Shown: positions 57,358 to 64,000 of the stretch, in pieces | Position numbering within the stretch: position 1 is the stretch's first letter | Layout: each line of letters begins with the position of its first letter | NCBI GenBank assembly: GCA_041659765.1 | Contig: JBAZXR010000001.1 | Location: 659,338-723,337 of the forward strand | Direction: 5' to 3' | DNA: 64,000 nt | Source of the DNA: Patescibacteria group bacterium | Lineage (GTDB): Bacteria; Patescibacteriota; Patescibacteriia; UBA9934 | Program-made: the position numbers and the translations under genes | Notes under the pieces: generated by a model | The model's database searches: none | Told to the model about the DNA's origin: nothing | Seen by the model: only the letters and a program-made list of their open reading frames with translations

Positions 57358-59061
57358 TTACATCTCCTTCACTACCACGAGTCCCAAAATGCCACAAAGG
57401 TTTGCTAACACCTGTCGCACAGACTCCATGAGTGCCAAACGGGCGGCGGCGAGCTCAGAAGACTCGGCATCCAGGATGCGGACGGATTCATAATACCCTG
57501 CAAAATCTTGAGCGAGCTCGAATCCATACTGAGCGATAGCATTCGGGCTATATGAACCACCGGCGTGAGCGACCACCGAAGGATACTGAGCAAGCTTTCT
57601 GAGAAGCGCGTGCTCTTTCTTGTCCGTCAACAACTCCGGTTTTGGCAGAGGCTTCACGGAAGCTTTACGCTTCAAACTTTCAACGCGGGCAATTGAGTAC
57701 ATTAAGTACGGGCCGGTAAAGCCATCTGTGGCCATGGCCTCTTCCATATCAAAGGTGATCATCTTTTCTGGATCTTGGCGAAGCATCATGAACGTCACCG
57801 CCGAATGCATGAGAGCGCTAGCCGTGTCTGCAATCTTGCGTTCGCGCCAGTCTGGGTGACGGCCTTTAGTGGCTTCGACTAGTTTCTCAAACATAGCATC
57901 ACGCAAATCTGACCAGCGAACAATGTTCCCCTTGCGCGAGCTCATGGCGCCTTCTGGCAGGGTCACAAAATCAAACGCCAAGTGAATAACTTCCCGAGGG
58001 AAGCCCATCTTCTTCAGTGTTGCTGATAGCTGCTTAAAGGCGAGCGACTGGCGAGCATCGACGACGATAATGGATCGATCGGCGACGTAATCTGCCTCTT
58101 TCTTGTAAGCGAGGGCTAAGTCTTTTGCATTATAAAGCAATGTCCCGTCAGATTTTCTAAGCAGGTTCACCCCAAGCTTCTCGGCTTCCAGGTCAACAAT
58201 CACTGCACCTTCAGAAACTCGCGCGATCCCTTCCGTCAGGAGACGTTTTACGATGGCGTGCGTTTCGTCAATCAACTCATGCTCCAAATAAATGCGGTCG
58301 AGCTCAAGGCCAAACTCGGCAAACACTTCTTTCATGCCATCCATGGACCACTTCTGTGTCTTCTTCCAAAGCGCGATGTTGTCGCCCTCCATGTTTTCAA
58401 GATCCCGCTGGATCTTTGATACCTCCGCGCGTTTCTCTTCATCCTCACCGATAGCCTTGGTAGCTTCCGTGTAGGCACGGCCAAGGTAATTCAGCTTGTC
58501 GCCGATGGGTTCCTCGCCCATGTTCAAATGCGTCAACCCCCACAAACAGCGCGCGACGTTGTTGCCGAGGTCGTTTATGTAAGACACCGGGGTTACGTCA
58601 AAACCATTTTGCCGAAGAATATTCACGATGGCTTTTCCGTAGGTGAGATTTCTGAGGTGGCCAACGTGCACTTCTTTGTGCGTGTTGAAGTTCACATATT
58701 CGACAAGCACCTTCTTGCCTCTGCCCGTTGTGGACTTTCCGTAGCGCACCTTTCCGCCGAGTACATCCTTAAACACATGCGTCGCAAAGGCAGTTTCTTC
58801 AAAGGTGAAGTTCACGTACGGCCCAAGCGAGCTAATCTTTTTCACCAGAGATGACGGCGCAATCTTAGCGGCCAACTCCGTGGCAATCTCCGCCGGGTTT
58901 CGTTGCATTCCCTTGCCGAGCGCAAAACAAGCAAACGAAAGATCGCCATACTCCGGCTTAGGCGGCGTCATGAGCATATCCTGGTTCACGGCATACGTTT
59001 TGCCGAGCGCCTTTTTCAAGGACAGGAGAATCTCTTTTTTAGCTTGATCAAGTGCGTACAT
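57358..59061 (-). CDS. argS: arginine--tRNA ligase
   Basis: HVGHLRN, INDLG, MSSRKG, GPYLMY. Confidence 0.95.
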   Translation of the reverse strand: MYALDQAKKEILLSLKKALGKTYAVNQDMLMTPPKPEYGDLSFACFALGKGMQRNPAEIATELAAKIAPSSLVKKISSLGPYVNFTFEETAFATHVFKDVLGGKVRYGKSTTGRGKKVLVEYVNFNTHKEVHVGHLRNLTYGKAIVNILRQNGFDVTPVSYINDLGNNVARCLWGLTHLNMGEEPIGDKLNYLGRAYTEATKAIGEDEEKRAEVSKIQRDLENMEGDNIALWKKTQKWSMDGMKEVFAEFGLELDRIYLEHELIDETHAIVKRLLTEGIARVSEGAVIVDLEAEKLGVNLLRKSDGTLLYNAKDLALAYKKEADYVADRSIIVVDARQSLAFKQLSATLKKMGFPREVIHLAFDFVTLPEGAMSSRKGNIVRWSDLRDAMFEKLVEATKGRHPDWRERKIADTASALMHSAVTFMMLRQDPEKMITFDMEEAMATDGFTGPYLMYSIARVESLKRKASVKPLPKPELLTDKKEHALLRKLAQYPSVVAHAGGSYSPNAIAQYGFELAQDFAGYYESVRILDAESSELAAARLALMESVRQVLANLCGILGLVVVKEM

Positions 59062-59063
59062 AG

Positions 59064-60254
59064 TTAAACTAATCGAACAAAGAATCGCTTGCCTTTCTGG
59101 ACGATCGAACCGGCGGAAACCACGAGCATCGGGTCTTCGACAACATTGCCGTCAACCTTCACACCAGCCTGCTCAACCTGGCGCTTCGCCTCTCCGCGGG
59201 ACTTAACGATGCCGGAACCGACCAAAACGTCGACGATAGTCATCCCCGCGCCGACAGCAAACTCTGGGGCATCAGCCGGCACCTCACCAGATTTGTGAAC
59301 CTGCGTAAAGTGTTCGCTGGCTTTATCAGCGGCTTCATCATTCAAAAAAGCGGCGACGATCTCATACGCAAGACGGTGCTTAAACTCTACCGGGTTCTCC
59401 CCTGCTTCCATCTTTTTACCGATCTCGACGATCTCGTCGACCGGAACGTCAGTGCAGAGCTCAAAACCGGACAAAATCATGCCGTCCGTCCAGCTCATGA
59501 CCTTACCGTACATGTCCTCGGGGCTGTCGTTCAAAGAAATCATGTTGCCTTCACTCTTGCCCATCTTCTTGCCAGTTGGATCTGTCAGCAACTTAGTCGT
59601 GAGGACGAGCTTTTCCTTCCCTTTCATCTCGCGCAAAAGGGTGCGGCCAGCGAGCATGTTGAACGTCTGATCATTGCCGCCGATTTCCAGGTTCACCTCC
59701 ATAGCTACAGAATCGTAACCCTGCATCAAGGGGTACATGAACTCGTGGAGGCCGATCGGCTTCTCTTCCTGTAGACGCTTCTCAAACATGTCACGTTCCA
59801 TCATCTGTTGCACGGTGAAGTGCGAGGCAAGCTCAACCACATCAGCAAATGACATCTTGCCGAGCCAGTCGTTGTTAAACATGAGCTTGGCTGGGTTCTG
59901 ACCGCCAAAATCAATAAATGCCGAAGCCTGGGTCTGGTAATTCTTGCAGTTAGCGAGCACCTCATCACGCGTCAGTTGTTTGCGAGTGGCGGTTTTGTCC
60001 GTAGGATCACCAATCATGGCCGTGAAGTCGCCAATCAACAGAATCACCTCATGCCCCATGCGTTGCAGCTCACCGAGCTTGCGGAGCGGAATAGCGTGGC
60101 CAATGTGGAGAGTGGTTCCCGTAGGGTCAACGCCAAGATAGACGCGGATTTTTTTGTCGCTCTCAAGTAGCTCTAGCAACGCCTCCCGCTTGGGATATAC
60201 GTTCTCAACGCTTCGGGTCAAAAATTCGGCAATTTGTTGGTCGGTCGCTTTCAT
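59064..60254 (-). CDS. tyrS: tyrosine--tRNA ligase
   Basis: GVDPT, HIGH, YPLMQGYD, KMGKS, S4 domain. Confidence 0.96.
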   Translation of the reverse strand: MKATDQQIAEFLTRSVENVYPKREALLELLESDKKIRVYLGVDPTGTTLHIGHAIPLRKLGELQRMGHEVILLIGDFTAMIGDPTDKTATRKQLTRDEVLANCKNYQTQASAFIDFGGQNPAKLMFNNDWLGKMSFADVVELASHFTVQQMMERDMFEKRLQEEKPIGLHEFMYPLMQGYDSVAMEVNLEIGGNDQTFNMLAGRTLLREMKGKEKLVLTTKLLTDPTGKKMGKSEGNMISLNDSPEDMYGKVMSWTDGMILSGFELCTDVPVDEIVEIGKKMEAGENPVEFKHRLAYEIVAAFLNDEAADKASEHFTQVHKSGEVPADAPEFAVGAGMTIVDVLVGSGIVKSRGEAKRQVEQAGVKVDGNVVEDPMLVVSAGSIVQKGKRFFVRLV

Positions 60255-60264
60255 ATGTCCCCTA

Positions 60265-62856
60265 TTATGCCTTAGGCATTGAATTCAGCTCTTTCTCAAG
60301 TGTCGAAACCTTCTCTTGAGCCTTAGCTAGCTTCTCGCGTTCAAGCGCAATCACCTTCTCAGGCGCGCGACCAACGAAATCTTGATTCGAAAGCTTTGTC
60401 TCCTGTGCCATGGCGTATTTCTTTGCTTCGACCAGCTCTTTCTCAAGCGACTTCCGTTGTGCGGCAAAATCGACAAGCCCATCGAGTGACACGGAAATGG
60501 TCATGCCGCCAATCACTGCCTTCGCGGCGTTCTCGGAAGCAACGGAAACAAACGCGCTGTTAGTTGATTCCTCAATAAGCGTAGCCTGATCCTTCAAAGA
60601 CTCACTCAGGTTAATAGCTACGTCAAGCGTCTTCTTGTTTTCAATATTTCGCTCGGCTCTGATGACACGAATAGCCGCAATAACCGACTGTAAATCTGCA
60701 AATGCATCAGCGTCACCCTTTGAAAGCTTGAACTTAACATCATCCGGCCACTTGGCGACCATGATCAATCCCTTGTCGAAGTTCTTGTAAATCTCCTCCG
60801 TCACAAACGGCATGAACGGGTGCCACAAAATAAGAAGTCTTTCGAGGATAAAGATCAGGATCTCGTCCTTCTCACCTTCAATCTTGGCAATTTCGAGGTA
60901 CCAATCGGCAAACTCACTCCACGTAAATTCGCGTAGTACTTCGCCAGCGAGCGAGAGGTCATACGCCTCCTGGAGCTTCGTTACCTTTTCGACCACCTCA
61001 CTGAAGCGACCGAGGATCCAGCGGTCTGCGAGTGTCTTCGGCTCTGGAACTCCACCTTTCGACTTTCCACCTTCGACTTTCGACAAAATGAACCGCGAAA
61101 TGTTCCAGAGCTTGTTCGTGAAGTTTCTGAAGCCAGCGATCTTCTCCTCGGACAGTTTCAAGTCGTTGCCGGGAGTATTTCCGAGTACCAGCGACAATCG
61201 AGTAGCATCGGCACCGTACTTCTCAATCATGTCGAGCGGGTTGATGATGTTGCCAAGTGATTTCGACATTTTTCTGCCTTGTTCATCACGAACCAAGCCG
61301 TGCAAATACACGGTTTTGAATGGCACCTCGCCAAGCAGGTACGTCGACATGAGAATCATGCGAGCTACCCAGAAAAAGAGAATGTCGTAGCCCGTCTCAA
61401 GGACGTTCGTTGGATGGAAGAACTCGAGATCCTTCGTCTTATCGGGCCAGCCGAGAGTAGAGAATGTCCAAAGACCAGAAGAAAACCAAGTATCGAGCGT
61501 GTCTTCGTCCTGCGTCCAGCCCTCACCCTTCGGCGCTTCGCCAACAGCTAGCTCCTCACCCTTGTACCAAACCGGCACACGATGGCCGAACCAAATCTGG
61601 CGGCTGATGTTCCAATCGCGGAGGTTATCGATCCAATGAAAATAAGTTTTTTCGAATCTGTCGGGCATGATGTCGATCGCTTTTGAGCGAACCGCGTCCT
61701 GCATGAGTCCCTTCAGCGTCACCTGTTTTCCATCACGGGTAAATTCTGTATTCACGCCAATAAACCATTGCAGCTTAGGCAAAGGCTCAATGATTCCGCC
61801 CGTTCTTTCAGCGGTCGACAAATTTTGCGCAGAATCTTCCTCGCCCTCAAGCAAATTATTTTCACGCAACCACTCCACCACTTTCTCCCGAGCACTTTTT
61901 GTACTCATGCCAGAAACTAGCTCGCCGGCTGCGGGAAGCATGTTCCCGTCCTCGCCAATCACCTGGATCATGGGGAGTTCATGGCGCTTGGCAATATCAA
62001 AGTCAATCGAACTGTGGGCTGGAGTGACACCAAGCGCACCCGTACCGAACTCTGGGTCAACGGATTCATCGCCGACAATCTTCAAGTGCAACTTTGAGCC
62101 GGCAAAAACAACATCAAACTCCTGACCAATAAACTTCTTATATTTCCCCTTCGGATGCACTGCCACCGCCGTATCCCCCACTTTTGTCTCTGGGCGAGTG
62201 GTGGAAATCGAAATTGGAAAATCCTTTGAGTACTTAAACGTGTAAAGCTTGGCCGTGGTCTCTTTGTAGACGATCTCGTCGTCGGCGATAGTCGTTTGTC
62301 CGATTGGGTCCCAGTTGACGACGCGGTAGCCACGGTAAATCAAACCATCGTCATACATCTGCTTGAAGGCAACGTTCACGGCCTTATTCCGAGCATCGTC
62401 GAGCGTATACGCCTCGCGGCTCCAGTCAACCGAGGCACCCATTTTTTTCACCTGGCCCACAATCGTGTCATGGCTTTCTTGCGCAAAGGCGTTAACGCGC
62501 TCAAGCAGTGCCTCGCGACCTAGGTCATAGCGCGTCTTCTTCTCGGCCTTAAAAATCATGCCTTCTACCTTTGACTGAGTGGCGATTGCCGCATGATCGG
62601 TGCCGGGAATCCAAAGTGCGCGTTTCCCTCGTAATCGAGCAAAGCGAACCATCGCGTCCTCAATAGCCAACATCGTGGCGTGGCCCATGTGCAAAGTGCC
62701 GGTGACGTTGGGCGGCGGGAGAACAATAGAAAAAGCCTCAGTTCTCTGTTCGAGATCAGGCAGTTTATCCGGGTTAAAGTACTCGCTATCGAGCCAAAGT
62801 TGATACAAGGAGTCTTCCTTTCCCTGGGGCTCGTAGGCTTTTGGCATTTCATTCAT
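60265..62856 (-). CDS. valS: valine--tRNA ligase
   Basis: PPPNVTG.LHMGH, ISRQIWFGH, DTWFSS, KMSKS, C-terminal coiled coil. Confidence 0.97.
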   Translation of the reverse strand: MNEMPKAYEPQGKEDSLYQLWLDSEYFNPDKLPDLEQRTEAFSIVLPPPNVTGTLHMGHATMLAIEDAMVRFARLRGKRALWIPGTDHAAIATQSKVEGMIFKAEKKTRYDLGREALLERVNAFAQESHDTIVGQVKKMGASVDWSREAYTLDDARNKAVNVAFKQMYDDGLIYRGYRVVNWDPIGQTTIADDEIVYKETTAKLYTFKYSKDFPISISTTRPETKVGDTAVAVHPKGKYKKFIGQEFDVVFAGSKLHLKIVGDESVDPEFGTGALGVTPAHSSIDFDIAKRHELPMIQVIGEDGNMLPAAGELVSGMSTKSAREKVVEWLRENNLLEGEEDSAQNLSTAERTGGIIEPLPKLQWFIGVNTEFTRDGKQVTLKGLMQDAVRSKAIDIMPDRFEKTYFHWIDNLRDWNISRQIWFGHRVPVWYKGEELAVGEAPKGEGWTQDEDTLDTWFSSGLWTFSTLGWPDKTKDLEFFHPTNVLETGYDILFFWVARMILMSTYLLGEVPFKTVYLHGLVRDEQGRKMSKSLGNIINPLDMIEKYGADATRLSLVLGNTPGNDLKLSEEKIAGFRNFTNKLWNISRFILSKVEGGKSKGGVPEPKTLADRWILGRFSEVVEKVTKLQEAYDLSLAGEVLREFTWSEFADWYLEIAKIEGEKDEILIFILERLLILWHPFMPFVTEEIYKNFDKGLIMVAKWPDDVKFKLSKGDADAFADLQSVIAAIRVIRAERNIENKKTLDVAINLSESLKDQATLIEESTNSAFVSVASENAAKAVIGGMTISVSLDGLVDFAAQRKSLEKELVEAKKYAMAQETKLSNQDFVGRAPEKVIALEREKLAKAQEKVSTLEKELNSMPKA

Positions 62857-62948
62857 AACTCACATGAGGATAGTAGAAATGTTCAGATATGTCTATTGAT
62901 CTTTGTTGAGGCTGAAGTTACGACGTGCTACGCTAATGCTAACCAAAT

Positions 62949-63809
62949 ATGAAAATCAACTTCCTCAAATGGAACGAACGCGTGCAGGCATTCGTCGTCA
63001 TTGCATTCGGCATTACCGGAGCAGCTTTCATGATGATTTCTTCCCTGAAGGTGGAGTGGACTGGTGTGGGAGAATCTATCGCCTTATCACTCTTTGTCGC
63101 GTTCGTTCTGGATCTACTCGGCACAACGGTCATCAATCGAACGGAAAAAATGCGGGCCGACTTCGGCACCGCGCCAAGTACGTTCGAAAAAGCTTCGCTC
63201 GGAATAAATGTCATTCGCTTTATTTTGGGAGTAGCCTTCTACGTCGCAATAGTCGTCGCGATGGGCTATTTCCTCATGAATGACCCCAGACCGCTGCACA
63301 TCACTTCCATATTCCTAGCTCAAGCTGCTACTTTCCTTGTCTACTTCTTGATTCTTCGAAGATTCCTTTGGATTATTCTCAGAAAAATCGGTCCTACCCT
63401 CCAACCACCCAGCAGTAAATTTCGCGCGCGATATACACTAACCAATCAAGGAATCCTTCTCGATCTCGGCATCGTCAACCTAAGCGACCGCGATCAACCC
63501 TCTGTGGTCGAACTCCCCTTTAGCGACCTACAAGAAATCCAGGTGATGACATACGGAGAAGTCGAGCAATACATGCGATTCAAAGCCGGACTCAGCTTCA
63601 CTGATAGAGTGCGGATGCAGGCCCAATCCGTTACCGACATGATGAAATACCTCAAAAAGGAAGTGGCGCGTCCTCGCTATTATCTGCACGGCGGAACTCA
63701 AGGAAAAACTCTCGTGCTGAAGGGCAATGAATTGCTCTACGTCGTCAGTGTCGCCAATGAAAACTGCGATGACCTCCTGAGCGCGTTTGCTGAATACCGA
63801 AAAAATTGA
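62949..63809 (+). CDS. hypothetical membrane protein (4 TM plus soluble C-domain)
   Basis: Four hydrophobic segments; hairpin at about 63823-63849 downstream. Confidence 0.7.
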   Translation: MKINFLKWNERVQAFVVIAFGITGAAFMMISSLKVEWTGVGESIALSLFVAFVLDLLGTTVINRTEKMRADFGTAPSTFEKASLGINVIRFILGVAFYVAIVVAMGYFLMNDPRPLHITSIFLAQAATFLVYFLILRRFLWIILRKIGPTLQPPSSKFRARYTLTNQGILLDLGIVNLSDRDQPSVVELPFSDLQEIQVMTYGEVEQYMRFKAGLSFTDRVRMQAQSVTDMMKYLKKEVARPRYYLHGGTQGKTLVLKGNELLYVVSVANENCDDLLSAFAEYRKN

Positions 63810-63893
63810 TAGTTCAATAAAGAAACCGACTCCTTCATGGGTCGGTTTTGACTTTGCAGTAAGTATGCCGTAATTTTTGAAGCCGGAGGTCTC

Positions 63894-64000
63894 ATGACCA
63901 ATGATCTTCTCAGGGCACTTCTTTTTGACATGGACGGAACGCTCGTGAACACGGAAGAGCTCAAGCGCAAAGCGCACGAGCGGACGCTAAAGGGACAAGG
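63894..64000 (+). CDS. HAD family hydrolase, 3'-truncated by window edge
   Basis: GGAGG RBS, MTNDLLRALLFDMDGTLVNTE (DxDGT motif I). Confidence 0.85.
   Translation, partial: MTNDLLRALLFDMDGTLVNTEELKRKAHERTLKGQ

Noticed and set aside
61780-62330. ValS lacking zinc-binding cysteines (WDPIGQT, AERTG)
   Set aside because: Cys-less variants are common among bacterial ValRS

Overview
Gene-dense chromosomal window (genetic code 11) that looks like a Patescibacteria/CPR (Parcubacteria-type, possibly Uhrbacteria-like) genome. This is inferred from the GAGC-type lipoprotein signal, the PrgI/VirB4/VirB6-like cluster, a giant Cys-rich surface protein and the tight gene overlaps. It carries housekeeping genes (tsaC, rsmA, prfB, groES/groEL, yidC, nusA, argS, tyrS, valS), six tRNAs (including an unusual Arg-GCG), a heterodimeric ABC exporter, a Zn/Mn ABC operon without a binding protein, a T4SS-like cluster next to comF, an accessory island ending in a REP-associated tyrosine transposase, a 2906-aa Cys-rich protein, and DsbA/VKOR. 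The strongest candidate for an undescribed system is the class III ribonucleotide reductase operon. Tandem NrdR boxes precede a Mu-Com-like zinc-finger gene. A 9-nt direct repeat overlapping an intrinsic terminator follows it. Then come an ATP-cone-less NrdD, a separate 63-aa gene carrying the glycyl-radical loop, and nrdG. Also notable are short palindromes and 7-8-nt repeats inserted in frame into housekeeping genes, a signal-peptide-less glutamate-receptor-like channel with a non-canonical filter, a HEPN-like gene pair, and a multi-hairpin non-coding region. No rRNA or CRISPR array was seen. All family assignments come from motif recognition; no database search was run.
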